Assembly (NCBI GenBank): GCA_964349395.1
Contig: CAYGGA010000005.1
Location: forward strand, 1 to 57,797
DNA: 57,797 nucleotides
From: an uncultured Gammaproteobacteria bacterium
Lineage (GTDB): Bacteria; Patescibacteriota; Microgenomatia; Woykebacterales; RBG-16-39-9b
Direction: 5' to 3'
Under the pieces are notes generated by a model. It was not told the DNA's origin and made no database searches. It worked only from the letters and a program-made list of their open reading frames with translations. Made by a program: the position numbers and the translations under genes. Below, piece by piece: positions 10,604 through 21,334 of the stretch (its first letter is position 1; each line of letters opens with the position of its first letter).

Positions 10604-11518
10604 CTAACTTTTTTTAAAGACGTCGATAGTTTTTCTTAAGCCCGCTTCCAAAGTAGTTCTATTTTCCCAACCAGTGGCTTTAGTTAAAGCAGCACTTGAG
10701 GCATAGTTGGCCATAACATCTCCCTTTCTTTCCCCTAGATCATCTATAGGCACAGTGTAACCTAAGATCTTGAAAATTAATTCTAAGGTATCTTTTATCT
10801 TGGTCCCCTTCTGCGTTCCAATGTTGAAGACATTCAAACCACTTAGGTTTAAAACATCCACATGAGCTAGGGCCAAATCCTCCACATAAATAAAATCCCT
10901 TACTTGCTCCCCTTGCCAATACAGTGGAATTGGTTCTTTCTTTAAAGCGGCCTTAATAAAATTCGGAATAGCATGAGTTTCGGGCTGATGCATCTCACCC
11001 GGACCATAGGGGTTGAAATAACGTAAAATCGCGACGTCTAGGCCAAACATCTTGTGATAGGCTTGAGCCAGTAGCTCCATACAAGCCTTAGTAGCACCGT
11101 AAGTGTTCTCTGGAATCCCAAGCGGAGCACTTTCTTCTAGAGGTAAAGTTTCAGTTTCCCCATAAACTGTTGCTGAAGATGAGAGGACAACTTTTCTTAC
11201 CCCGTTTTTTCTCATCCCTTCTAAAAGTAGGGCTGTCCCCATAATATTGTTTTCCACATACACTAGAGGTTTCTCCACTGACTGCGGGACAATAATAAAG
11301 GCGGCCATATGAATCACCGCGTCTTGACCTACTAGAGCTTCATCCAGTCTGCCCTGGTCTTGAATTTTACCTTCAATTAAATTTACTCCCTCTGGGAGTG
11401 CTTCTTTGTGACCAGTACTTAGATCATCCAAAACAGTCACCTCATGCCCTTTTTCCAGCAAAATCTTAGTAATATGACTACCAATAAATCCCGCGCCTCC
11501 AGTAACCAATACCTTCAT
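10604..11518 (-). CDS. galE: UDP-glucose 4-epimerase-like NAD-dependent epimerase
   Basis: Start taken at MKVLVTGGAGFIGSH; SSSATVYG, YGATK, LRYFNPYG. Confidence 0.85.
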   Translation of the reverse strand: MKVLVTGGAGFIGSHITKILLEKGHEVTVLDDLSTGHKEALPEGVNLIEGKIQDQGRLDEALVGQDAVIHMAAFIIVPQSVEKPLVYVENNIMGTALLLEGMRKNGVRKVVLSSSATVYGETETLPLEESAPLGIPENTYGATKACMELLAQAYHKMFGLDVAILRYFNPYGPGEMHQPETHAIPNFIKAALKKEPIPLYWQGEQVRDFIYVEDLALAHVDVLNLSGLNVFNIGTQKGTKIKDTLELIFKILGYTVPIDDLGERKGDVMANYASSAALTKATGWENRTTLEAGLRKTIDVFKKS

Positions 11519-11557
11519 AGCCCTTCTCCCCAACTTTTAGCTTTTAACTTCTCACTT

Positions 11558-12460
11558 TTAATGTTCTTCATAACTTTCCTTTACTTTTTGCAGACCGTCT
11601 TGAATAGATGTCATTTTGACCCCAAATTCTTGCTCAATCTTAGTTGAAACCAGACAACTCTGTCTTGGTTGAGCTGCTTTTTTACCCAATTTTAGCAAAA
11701 GTTCCTCCAATTTAGCCGGTTTTACTAGTTTTGTGTCCACCCCCAAAATATGGGCTAGCTTTTGACCAATCTCAAAGAAACTCAAACACTCATCGGGGGC
11801 AACATGGTAAACTCCAGAGGTTTTGTTTTCAAAAACTTTATCTAGCACCTCTGCCACATCATCAATAAAAGTAGGGCTAATAAATTGGTCATCCACTAAA
11901 GAGATTTCCTCACCATTTAAAAGTTTGGGTACCATCCAACGGACGGTGTCACTTTTTTTCTCCCACTTAGTGCGGTAAGGATAGTTAATGCGCAAGACAC
12001 AAGCTTGGGGCAATATTTTTCGCAGGGCTCTTTCACCCTCTAGCTTGGTAAGACCATAGTAGTTCACTGGCCCTTCGCTATCATCTTCCCTGTACCCTTC
12101 TTTACTGCCCTCAAAGACAAAGCCGGTGGAGAGATAAACTACTTGGCAACCAACTTCTTGGGCGCTAGTAGCTAGATAGGAAGTGGCATTAACATTTAAA
12201 TCCCAGCAAAGCTCTCTCTCTACCTCTGCCTTTTCAACATCAGTAAATGCAGCTAGATGGAGCAGAAAATCTGGCTTTTCTTCTTTTACTACTTTTTTAA
12301 CCATCTCCTGGTTGATAATATCGACTTCTAGAAACCTTACATGTTTAAATGTCCCTGTACTGTCAGTTCTGTCAAGAACAGTGATGTCGTACTTATTTCC
12401 CCAAATCTCAAGCAGACGTGAACCAATCAAACCAAAACCACCCGTGATAAGTAGTTTCAC
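11558..12460 (-). CDS. rfbD: dTDP-4-dehydrorhamnose reductase
   Basis: GGFGLIG, HLAAFTDVEKAE, PVNYYGLTKLEGE, DQFISPT; adjacent to rfbB. Confidence 0.85.
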   Translation of the reverse strand: MKLLITGGFGLIGSRLLEIWGNKYDITVLDRTDSTGTFKHVRFLEVDIINQEMVKKVVKEEKPDFLLHLAAFTDVEKAEVERELCWDLNVNATSYLATSAQEVGCQVVYLSTGFVFEGSKEGYREDDSEGPVNYYGLTKLEGERALRKILPQACVLRINYPYRTKWEKKSDTVRWMVPKLLNGEEISLVDDQFISPTFIDDVAEVLDKVFENKTSGVYHVAPDECLSFFEIGQKLAHILGVDTKLVKPAKLEELLLKLGKKAAQPRQSCLVSTKIEQEFGVKMTSIQDGLQKVKESYEEH

Positions 12461-13464
12461 TTTCTACTCCCATATTGTTCTTGATAGTATTTCATGTACT
12501 CACCCGATTTAATGCGCTTCCACCAATCAACGTGATCTTGATACCACAAAACAGTTTTTTTAAGGCCAACTTCGAATTTGATTTTTGGTTCCCACCCTAA
12601 CTCTTGTCTGATTTTGGACGTATCTAAACTATAACGACGGTCGTGTCCCGGCCGATCACTAACGTATTCGACAAAACTTTCATCTTTATCCAAAATCTTT
12701 AAAAGCAAATGGGCAGTAGCAATATTTTCCCACTCCTCCTCTGTCCCAATATTATAAACTTCCCCCACTTGACCCTTGTGCATTACTACATCAATAGCAC
12801 TGCAGTGGTCCCAAGTGGAAATCCACTCTCTAATTTGCTTACCATCGCCATAGATAGGGATTTTTTTACCCTCAAGCAAATTGGTAATAGCTAAGGGAAT
12901 TAATTTTTCCGGATAATGATTAGGACCATAAAAGTTACAGGAATGAGTCACCACGACTGGTGTCTGATACGTGACCCAAAAACTGCGGCACATCAAATCC
13001 CCACCCGCTTTGGAGGCAGCGTAAGGACTATTTGGTAAAAAAGAACTACTTTCTGTAAATTTTCCAACTGGGATAGTTCCAAAAACTTCATCCGTGGAGA
13101 TTTGGACGAGCTTCACTTTATTACCACCTCGACGAATACCATCAAGGAGTGTTAAAGTCCCAATCACGTCAGTTTCGGCAAACTCTCTTGGGGCCATGAT
13201 GGAGCGGTCAACATGGGTCTCGGCTGCGTAGTTTACAACTACGTCTACTTCACTTATAAGCGGGTCAACAATTTGTGGATCAGCAATATCGCCTTTGATG
13301 AATTTATAGTTGTGGTTATCTTGGATATCAGCTAGGTTATCTAAATTACCCGCGTAGGTAAGTTTATCCAAATTAATAACACTATAGTTGGGATATTTAT
13401 CCAAAATATAATGAATAAAATTGGAACCCATGAAACCGGCGCCACCAGTAACTAAAAGCTTCAT
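12457..13464 (-). CDS. rfbB: dTDP-glucose 4,6-dehydratase
   Basis: DKLTYAGN, AAETHVDRSI, STDEVFG, PYAASKA, PEKLIP, DRPGHDRRY. Confidence 0.96.
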   Translation of the reverse strand: MKLLVTGGAGFMGSNFIHYILDKYPNYSVINLDKLTYAGNLDNLADIQDNHNYKFIKGDIADPQIVDPLISEVDVVVNYAAETHVDRSIMAPREFAETDVIGTLTLLDGIRRGGNKVKLVQISTDEVFGTIPVGKFTESSSFLPNSPYAASKAGGDLMCRSFWVTYQTPVVVTHSCNFYGPNHYPEKLIPLAITNLLEGKKIPIYGDGKQIREWISTWDHCSAIDVVMHKGQVGEVYNIGTEEEWENIATAHLLLKILDKDESFVEYVSDRPGHDRRYSLDTSKIRQELGWEPKIKFEVGLKKTVLWYQDHVDWWKRIKSGEYMKYYQEQYGSRK

Positions 13465-13475
13465 TTTTGTAAAAA

Positions 13476-13528
13476 GTAACAGGTAACATGTAACATGTCT
13501 TTTCTTGTTACTTGTAGCGTGTCACTTG

Positions 13529-13532
<4 letters not shown>
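13476..13532. repeat. 7-bp-period palindromic intergenic element
   Basis: GTAACAG-GTAACAT-GTAACAT ... TGTTACT-TGTAGCG-TGTCACT-TGTCAC. Confidence 0.6.
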
Positions 13533-14948
<1,416 letters not shown>

Positions 14949-15002
14949 TTATAGTATTTGTTTGTACATTATACATTGATATAGATAATTTATTAACCTC
15001 AT

Positions 15003-15025
15003 TAGGAGCGGAGCGACGCAGAAGT
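15003..15025 (+). repeat. Dispersed intergenic repeat, copy 1
   Basis: TAGGAGCGGAGCGACGCAGAAGT matches the reverse complement of 19764-19786 at 22/23. Confidence 0.75.
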
Positions 15026-15072
15026 CCTTCGAAGAAGGTGCTTCATTAGCGCAGCGCAGAAGTGAACGAAGT

Positions 15073-15966
15073 TCAGCTTCTGTATTTATTTACCCTTTTC
15101 CATTCCAACACTTTTAAAACTCCAAAGATAGCCTGATTTAGAACCCAGGGATATTTTTTTACATAGTGCTTGTTGTAAAAAATACGCATGGCGCGCACAC
15201 TCTCCCTTGCTATCCTTCTTTTAGTCGTAAGTTGAGCAGAACTAAACTCCTGACTCTCTTTTTTAATTCCAGAAGAAACACCTTTGTAGTGAATGATATG
15301 TACTTTTGGGTTATAGACAATTTTCCACCCTGCTTCATGGTAGCGGTAACAAAAATCTAAATCCTCACCATAAAAGAAAAAAGTTTCGTCCCAATACCCT
15401 AGTTTGTCAGCGGCCGACTTTCTCACAAACAAAAAAGCACCAGTAACTGCGTCAATTTCATGAGTTGTTTTTAAATCTAAATAATCTTTGTGATACTGAT
15501 TGAAAATTCTAGAATTGGGAAACATTTTACTGAGGCCCACTAAATTGGTAACAGCAGCCCAAGGAGTCGGGAAACCTCGATGGCAATCTTTATCTATGCC
15601 CCCGATTTTGAGATCGACCCGACAAGTCACGATTCCAACTTCAGGATTCTCGTCCATGTATTTCACCAAATATCCCAAAGTATCACCAGGAGTAACAGTG
15701 TCAGAATTTAGAAAAAGTACATAACGGCCTTTAAGATAAGGTATTGCCAGATTATTGCCACCTGCGAACCCTAAATTTGTATCTGACTCTATCAGCCTGA
15801 CTTCCTTGCTAAATTCCTTTTTTACCATCTCTGCTGAGTCGTCTTTACTAGCGTTATCAACCACAATCACTTCCATTTTAATGTCTTTGGTATCACGCAG
15901 GGAAAGCAACGCTTGTTTTAAATAAGAGGCAGTATTGTAGTTTAAAATAACCACCGACAAATCCAT
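15073..15966 (-). CDS. GT2 glycosyltransferase (WbbL-like rhamnosyltransferase type)
   Basis: VVDNASKD, NLGFAGGNN, LFLNSD, FFFYGEDLDFCYR. Confidence 0.85.
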   Translation of the reverse strand: MDLSVVILNYNTASYLKQALLSLRDTKDIKMEVIVVDNASKDDSAEMVKKEFSKEVRLIESDTNLGFAGGNNLAIPYLKGRYVLFLNSDTVTPGDTLGYLVKYMDENPEVGIVTCRVDLKIGGIDKDCHRGFPTPWAAVTNLVGLSKMFPNSRIFNQYHKDYLDLKTTHEIDAVTGAFLFVRKSAADKLGYWDETFFFYGEDLDFCYRYHEAGWKIVYNPKVHIIHYKGVSSGIKKESQEFSSAQLTTKRRIARESVRAMRIFYNKHYVKKYPWVLNQAIFGVLKVLEWKRVNKYRS

Positions 15967-15968
15967 AA

Positions 15969-16916
15969 TTATTTACTTAGGAAGTAATCCAAGGTGTCTT
16001 GCAAAGTTTTGTTTATATCTATCTTTGGCTCCCACCCCGTTCTGCTCCTAAATTTAGAGCTGTCACAGATGGTTTCGGGGATATCAACTGGTCTTAACCT
16101 TTTTTTCTCCACTTCCACTTTTATTTTGACCTTTGATATCTTTATTAACTCATCTAAAATCCAGCTGATAGCGTAGGACTTTCCGCTACCTAGATTGTAA
16201 ACTTCCCCATTTTCTCCCTTTTCAAGGGACAAGTAAAAGGCTTCCACCATATCCCGCACGTCAGTAAAATCTCTTTTTGCCTCAATATTCCCAACTCTGA
16301 CCACTGGCTCTTTTTTCCCCACTGCAATCTCGGCTACTTGACTACTAAAATCCGCCACGACAAAATCAGTTCGCTGCCGGGGGCCAATATAATTGAAAGG
16401 TCGTACCCGAACTACATTTAGACCATAAGACAAATGGTATTGATAGCCTAAATAATCTTGGGCAATTTTGGAAACCGCATAAGGTTGGATCGGACGCAGA
16501 TTTGTATCTTCGGTGATTGGTAGGTCTTTTTTAGCAACTAAACCATACTCCTCAGCTGAACCCACAATCAAAATTTTAGGATTGAGGTTATAATTTCGAA
16601 CTGATTCTAAAATGTTTAATTGACTTTTAATATTACCTAGGATCGTGGTTTCTGGATCTAAAAAACTAACCGCAGCGGAAGCTTGGGCAGCTAAGTGATA
16701 AATATGATCGGGTTTAAAATCACGGATAATTCGATTGACAAATTTTGGATTATTTAAGTCACCTGCAAAAATTTTTAGATTTGCTAGTGAGTCACCTAGA
16801 ACTTTAGCATGAGAGGGGTTGTAGACAACTCCCGCAACTTGGGTATCTTTAGTCTTTAGAAAATCAAGTAAGTGACTGCCCGCGAAACCAGCCACGCCCG
16901 TAATCAGGACCTTCAT
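15969..16916 (-). CDS. GDP-4-dehydro-6-deoxy-D-mannose reductase (Rmd-like) SDR
   Basis: GVAGFAGSHL, HLAAQAS, GSAEEYG, PYAVSK, RPFNYIGPRQ, RDFTDVRD; in the same operon as gmd. Confidence 0.75.
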   Translation of the reverse strand: MKVLITGVAGFAGSHLLDFLKTKDTQVAGVVYNPSHAKVLGDSLANLKIFAGDLNNPKFVNRIIRDFKPDHIYHLAAQASAAVSFLDPETTILGNIKSQLNILESVRNYNLNPKILIVGSAEEYGLVAKKDLPITEDTNLRPIQPYAVSKIAQDYLGYQYHLSYGLNVVRVRPFNYIGPRQRTDFVVADFSSQVAEIAVGKKEPVVRVGNIEAKRDFTDVRDMVEAFYLSLEKGENGEVYNLGSGKSYAISWILDELIKISKVKIKVEVEKKRLRPVDIPETICDSSKFRSRTGWEPKIDINKTLQDTLDYFLSK

Positions 16917-17674
16917 TAGACCCCACCCAACTTCTTAATAGACCAGTAGTGATTAGTACGATAAAGACTTTCAAAAGTCCCCGCATCACTCCAAAATCCA
17001 TCTAAAATCTCCCCACGCAATTTTCCATTCTCAATATATAAATTGTTTACATCCGTGATTTCCAACTGTCCACGTTCGGAGGGCTTAATCTGACGAATAT
17101 ACTCAAAGACTTTACTATCATAAACATACAGCCCTGTGACAGCGAAGTGACTCTTCGGATCTTTAGGCTTTTCCTCAATCCCAATGATTTTTACTCCTTC
17201 TTTACTGTCAAAAACCGGATTACCATCTTTGCTATCAAATTCTGGTACTCCAAATCTTTGCGGATCAGGGACTTCTTTTAAGAAAATAGTCGCCCCATCT
17301 TTGAAGTTTTTTACCACCCCACTGATATCGCTGTCAGTGCAATTGTCCCCAAGGATGACTATGACTGGCCCTTTGTCAGCAAAGTCTTCGGCCAAAGACA
17401 AGGCTTGGGCAATGCCACCATCCCCGGCTTCTTGGTAGGCATACTGAACTCTCTTTAGACCAAATTTTTCACCATTCCTTAAGACATTGATAAAATGGCC
17501 AGCGTGTGGACCTCCAGTGATAATCAAAATATCAGTGATACCACTGTTTACCAAAGTTTGAATGGGATAAAAGATCATCGGCTGATCGTAAACTGGAAGT
17601 AAGTGTTTATTTGTGGCATAGGTGAGAGGGTACAGTCTCGTTCCCAAACCACCAGCTAGGATTACACCTTTCAT
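16916..17674 (-). CDS. rfbA: Glucose-1-phosphate thymidylyltransferase (RmlA/SpsI type)
   Basis: ILAGGLGTRLYPLT, NKHLLPVYD.PMI, EEKP, RGQLEITDVN, WSDAGT. Confidence 0.85.
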   Translation of the reverse strand: MKGVILAGGLGTRLYPLTYATNKHLLPVYDQPMIFYPIQTLVNSGITDILIITGGPHAGHFINVLRNGEKFGLKRVQYAYQEAGDGGIAQALSLAEDFADKGPVIVILGDNCTDSDISGVVKNFKDGATIFLKEVPDPQRFGVPEFDSKDGNPVFDSKEGVKIIGIEEKPKDPKSHFAVTGLYVYDSKVFEYIRQIKPSERGQLEITDVNNLYIENGKLRGEILDGFWSDAGTFESLYRTNHYWSIKKLGGV

Positions 17675-17774
17675 AGTTTAACTTCCTCCAAACTACTCAA
17701 AGCTCGCTTTGAATTAATTTCAACTCCTCGAAATTACTCAATGCGAAGCATTGAATTAAAGTCAATTTCCTATA

Positions 17775-18935
17775 CTATTTCCCTTTCCAAGTCCAATAAG
17801 AATTCAAGAAGTAGTTTACCACGATCGCAGGAACGATTCCAACTGCTTGAGCAAGCAATTCTTGGAATCTTTCTGGCTTTATTCCTAATATAGAGTATTC
17901 AAAGAGATGATTGGCACTAAAGATATGCTCTAAAAGAATAAAAACCGTGATGCTGATCCCTAAAGAAATAAAGGAAACCGCATTAAATTTAAGCCCCTTT
18001 AGCCCAAAACTACTACTATTATTCCTTGCACTAAAAGTCCAGAAATTATTTAAGATAAAATTGGTGATAATCGACAGCTCAATCGCGACCCCAGAAGCTA
18101 GATAACGATCCAGAGTGCTGTCCCCGCCCTTAAAAACGTGTTCTCGGAGGAGATACAAAGCTCCTAAATTTACCACCACCCCACTACCACCAACAATTGC
18201 AAACTTTAGGAAAGTTTCCATTCTTTCAAATCGGATAAACCAAGCAGCAAAAATAAATTCCAGCTGATCTGAAAGCTGAAGCTTTGACTCCCCCACCGTA
18301 CGGTCGATAAAATCTACCGGTACTTCTTTGACCTGGCCCCCATGATCCACCGCCGCCCGCAACAGATTCATCTGAAAAGAGTATCCTTTGACCCGCAGGT
18401 GTTTAAGGTCAATTTTTCTAAGTAGATCCCCTCGAATGGCGCGAAACCCAGCCGTACAGTCATGAACATGGTATAAACCAGCCACGTAACGAGCAAAGAT
18501 ATTTCCCCACTTGGAATTCATGCGTCTGATAAAAGTCCAATTTGTTGGGATTGACCCACCGGGGACATACCTGGATCCAATCACAAAATCGTGAGTGTCC
18601 AACTCTTTTATTAATCTCTTCATATCCTCTGGTTTATGGGAAAAATCAGCGTCCATCTCCATCACGGCTTCAGCGTGAAGTTCATCAAGTGCGTAGATCA
18701 TCCCCCGGATATACGCGGCTCCTAGTCCTTTTTTCTTACCAGTGATCAAATGAATATTTTTAAATTGTTTTTTGAGGCTTTCCACGGCCTCACTAGTCCC
18801 ATCCGGACTATCATCATCCACCACCAAAATATGCATGTCGTGGTCTATCTCTTTAAACTTTTCCTGCACCACTGGTACCAGGGCAAGGATATTTTCTTTT
18901 TCGTTATAAGTGGGGATAATGACAACAATCTTCAC
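17775..18935 (-). CDS. Polyprenol-phosphate mannose synthase-like GT2 fused to a GtrA membrane domain
   Basis: IPTYNE, DDDSPDGT, MDADFSH, GSRYVPGG, then GtrA-type 'LKFAIVGGSGVVVN...NFILNNFWTF...NYFLNSYWTW'. Confidence 0.9.
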   Translation of the reverse strand: MKIVVIIPTYNEKENILALVPVVQEKFKEIDHDMHILVVDDDSPDGTSEAVESLKKQFKNIHLITGKKKGLGAAYIRGMIYALDELHAEAVMEMDADFSHKPEDMKRLIKELDTHDFVIGSRYVPGGSIPTNWTFIRRMNSKWGNIFARYVAGLYHVHDCTAGFRAIRGDLLRKIDLKHLRVKGYSFQMNLLRAAVDHGGQVKEVPVDFIDRTVGESKLQLSDQLEFIFAAWFIRFERMETFLKFAIVGGSGVVVNLGALYLLREHVFKGGDSTLDRYLASGVAIELSIITNFILNNFWTFSARNNSSSFGLKGLKFNAVSFISLGISITVFILLEHIFSANHLFEYSILGIKPERFQELLAQAVGIVPAIVVNYFLNSYWTWKGK

Positions 18936-18970
18936 TGCTTAAAGTTTAAATCAAACAAGAAAGGTCTGCA

Positions 18971-19000
18971 ACCAAAAACCCCAACTTTGGGGTTTTTGGT
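18971..19000 (-). terminator. Strong hairpin (terminator/attenuator-like) in the leader of the glycosylation operon
   Basis: Perfect inverted repeat ACCAAAAACCCCAA/TTGGGGTTTTTGGT around a minimal loop. Confidence 0.6.
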
Positions 19001-19038
19001 AGTCACTATGACTGGTTTGGGGTAACACTCTGACTGGC

Positions 19039-19067
19039 ATACTAGTCCAATCAAAAATTGGTGTCAA
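19039..19067 (-). promoter_or_regulatory. Sigma70-type promoter pointing into the glycosylation operon
   Basis: Minus strand TTGACA-17 nt-TAGTAT. Confidence 0.6.
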
Positions 19068-19097
19068 GTAGTCAAAAGGAAGCTACTTCTAGAAAGG

Positions 19098-19125
19098 TTG
19101 CTAACTAGTTAAAAAGAGTTATAAT
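19098..19125 (+). promoter_or_regulatory. Sigma70-type promoter of the orphan gene
   Basis: TTGCTA-16 nt-TATAAT. Confidence 0.5.
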
Positions 19126-19147
19126 GCAGGCATCAGAGGAGAGAGAA

Positions 19148-19618
19148 ATGTTTCTAACTGAGGACGAGAGAAATACTTTAATAACTACGTTAGACAGAAC
19201 CTCTAATATAGAGTTTGCGAAACTCCTGCACTGCTTTAGCATTTTGAGCCGTTGGGTCGATAATGAATTCTTTGGCCACTTTGCTTTCTCAACGGAATGG
19301 GGCGACCGTTGGAGTCCCATGGCTCGTGATCACTACGACTCAGCCCTTGCACTCCAAGTGGTTCGAGTTATTAACAGGCTTGGCGGTGATTACTTCACAG
19401 TTATGGCTGGTTTAAAAGAGAAAGTAAGTGAGATAGTCACTCGCCTCAAGGGCATGTCAACGGATGATGCTGAGGAAGGCTATAGACTAGCCAAGGATAC
19501 AATTGATAGCTTATTTTCTCTTTCCGAAGAGATAACCAGAGAATGGTTAGACAAAAACCGAGAGAGGTTGAGTGGTGGCAGGGGAACCAACTCACAACGA
19601 ATCGCTAACTCGCAATGA
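19148..19618 (+). CDS. Hypothetical protein (helical, orphan)
   Basis: ATG after a GAGGAG SD, with its own promoter and a downstream hairpin. No recognised motif. Confidence 0.65.
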   Translation: MFLTEDERNTLITTLDRTSNIEFAKLLHCFSILSRWVDNEFFGHFAFSTEWGDRWSPMARDHYDSALALQVVRVINRLGGDYFTVMAGLKEKVSEIVTRLKGMSTDDAEEGYRLAKDTIDSLFSLSEEITREWLDKNRERLSGGRGTNSQRIANSQ

Positions 19619-19653
19619 CTTGGCTGTATCAAAGCTGAGAGTGTCGATCTTCC

Positions 19654-19691
19654 AAACCCGGGCATGGTTACTCATATCCGGGTTTCCTTTT
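19654..19691 (+). terminator. Probable intrinsic terminator
   Basis: AAACCCGG...CCGGGTTT stem followed by CCTTTT. Confidence 0.5.
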
Positions 19692-19763
19692 ACGAGCAGA
19701 CAATCTGCAGTATTTCTTCCACTAAATATTAATTCTTATCTGGTTTAAGAAGCTTGCTTCGCA

Positions 19764-19786
19764 ACTTCTGCGTCGCTTCGCTCCTA
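19764..19786 (-). repeat. Dispersed intergenic repeat, copy 2
   Basis: Reverse complement reads TAGGAGCGAAGCGACGCAGAAGT. Confidence 0.75.
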
Positions 19787-19857
19787 GTAAGCTAAAAACC
19801 ACCCCTTGCATGTAAAAATTATGTTATAGTTTTCTCACAGGAAAGGAAGGGAGATAA

Positions 19858-21252
19858 ATGTCGGAAACGCTAAAAGAAGCGTGCGGCGTCGTCGGTGCTT
19901 ATTTGCCCGATGCCGAGGCCGCCCGCAATATTTTTTACTGTCTGTACGCTCTGCAACACCGCGGCGCCGATGGCGCAGGTATTGCTACTAGTAGCGGTCA
20001 AGAAATCCGTGCCCATACTGGTTCCGGTTTAGTAGCCCAAGTTTTCAAAGAAGAGACGGTTGCCTCTTTGAATGGGCGGTTGGGCATCGGTCATGTTCTC
20101 TGCAATGCTTACAAAGCGGTGGGCACCGAACTCCAACCAATAGTAGCTAGTAGTAATGGTGAAACGATCGCGGTCGCTCACAATGGCAATCTGGTCAACG
20201 CGGGGGTTCTGCGTGAGACAGTATTGAATAAACTAACGACGCTCTCACAGGCAGAAATTGTTGCTCAGCTCCTTTTAGCAACCCCGAGTGTCAGCTGGAA
20301 GAAACGCTTTGCGCAGGTAATGCGACAGTTAGTCGGCTCCTACAGCCTAACAGTTCTAACCAAGGACAAAGTCTTTGGTATCCGGGATCCGCTTGGCCTG
20401 AAACCACTCTGCGTCGGCCAAGTTAAAACCGCGTGGGTGATTGCGAGCGAAACCTGCGCTCTTGACCATCTGGAAGCGAAAAATATTCGGGAAGTGGCCC
20501 CCGGTGAAGTAGTTCAGCTCGACAGCGAGGGTTTGACCAGTTTTTTCCCTCTAGGAGAATCTGACCGCCAATCCTTTTGCTCGCTTGAGTACAGCTACCT
20601 GCTCCGACCCGATAGCCGTCTTGGTGGCCAAAGCGCTTATTCCACGCGCTTTGAGTTGGGGGTCAGGCTAGCTAAAGAGCATCCCGCGGACGCGGATGTG
20701 GTCATCGGTGTACCTGATTCGGCCACAGCAGCGGCGATTGGCTACGCCGAAGCCTCCGGTATACCTTACCGAGAAGGTTTGATCAAAAATCGGTACGTGG
20801 GTCATACCCCGGTTCGACCGAACCTTCGCATTCGCCAAGTCGGCATTGGACTCAAATTCAATGCTCTGGGACAGATTCTGGCAGGGCAACGAGTAGTCGT
20901 CGTCGATGACCGCATCGTCCACGGCTACACCACGGCTGCAGTCAACCAATTCCTCCGGCGGAGTGGGGCGAGTGAAGTGCATATGCGTATTACGACTCCT
21001 CCCACCATCTCAGGCTGTCATTACGGAGTCGAAATTGGCACGAGAGGAGAATTGATCGCCTCGGTAAAAAGTCTTCCTGAGCTGTGCGCTATCATTGGAG
21101 CAGATTCCCTAGGCTTTCTCTCCATCGAAGGACTTAACCAGGTCACGAATACGGAGGGAAGAGCTTGCAATGGCTGTTTCACAGGAGTGTTCCCTACTCC
21201 TACTCAACTTGAACTTTCTCTCCCAGTCGGGGTTCTAGAGACTGTTCACTAA
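19858..21252 (+). CDS. purF: Amidophosphoribosyltransferase (PurF) homologue with degenerate substrate-binding motifs
   Basis: Propeptide plus CGVVG, LQHRG, AHNGNL, RDPLGLKPL, ASETCA, RPDS, GVPDS, KNRYVG and four Fe-S cysteines. Strong SD (AAGGAAGGGAG). Confidence 0.85.
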   Translation: MSETLKEACGVVGAYLPDAEAARNIFYCLYALQHRGADGAGIATSSGQEIRAHTGSGLVAQVFKEETVASLNGRLGIGHVLCNAYKAVGTELQPIVASSNGETIAVAHNGNLVNAGVLRETVLNKLTTLSQAEIVAQLLLATPSVSWKKRFAQVMRQLVGSYSLTVLTKDKVFGIRDPLGLKPLCVGQVKTAWVIASETCALDHLEAKNIREVAPGEVVQLDSEGLTSFFPLGESDRQSFCSLEYSYLLRPDSRLGGQSAYSTRFELGVRLAKEHPADADVVIGVPDSATAAAIGYAEASGIPYREGLIKNRYVGHTPVRPNLRIRQVGIGLKFNALGQILAGQRVVVVDDRIVHGYTTAAVNQFLRRSGASEVHMRITTPPTISGCHYGVEIGTRGELIASVKSLPELCAIIGADSLGFLSIEGLNQVTNTEGRACNGCFTGVFPTPTQLELSLPVGVLETVH

Positions 21253-21334
21253 TTGGGGTGGTGGTTATCAGTATTACTGAAGCCACCACTCCCCTACCCA
21301 TTTGATTCTACATCTGGTAAAATGCCCATTGATC

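Noticed and set aside
21255..21292. Hairpin after purF as an intrinsic terminator
   Set aside because: The stem is good but there is no U-tract on either strand, so I left it uncalled.
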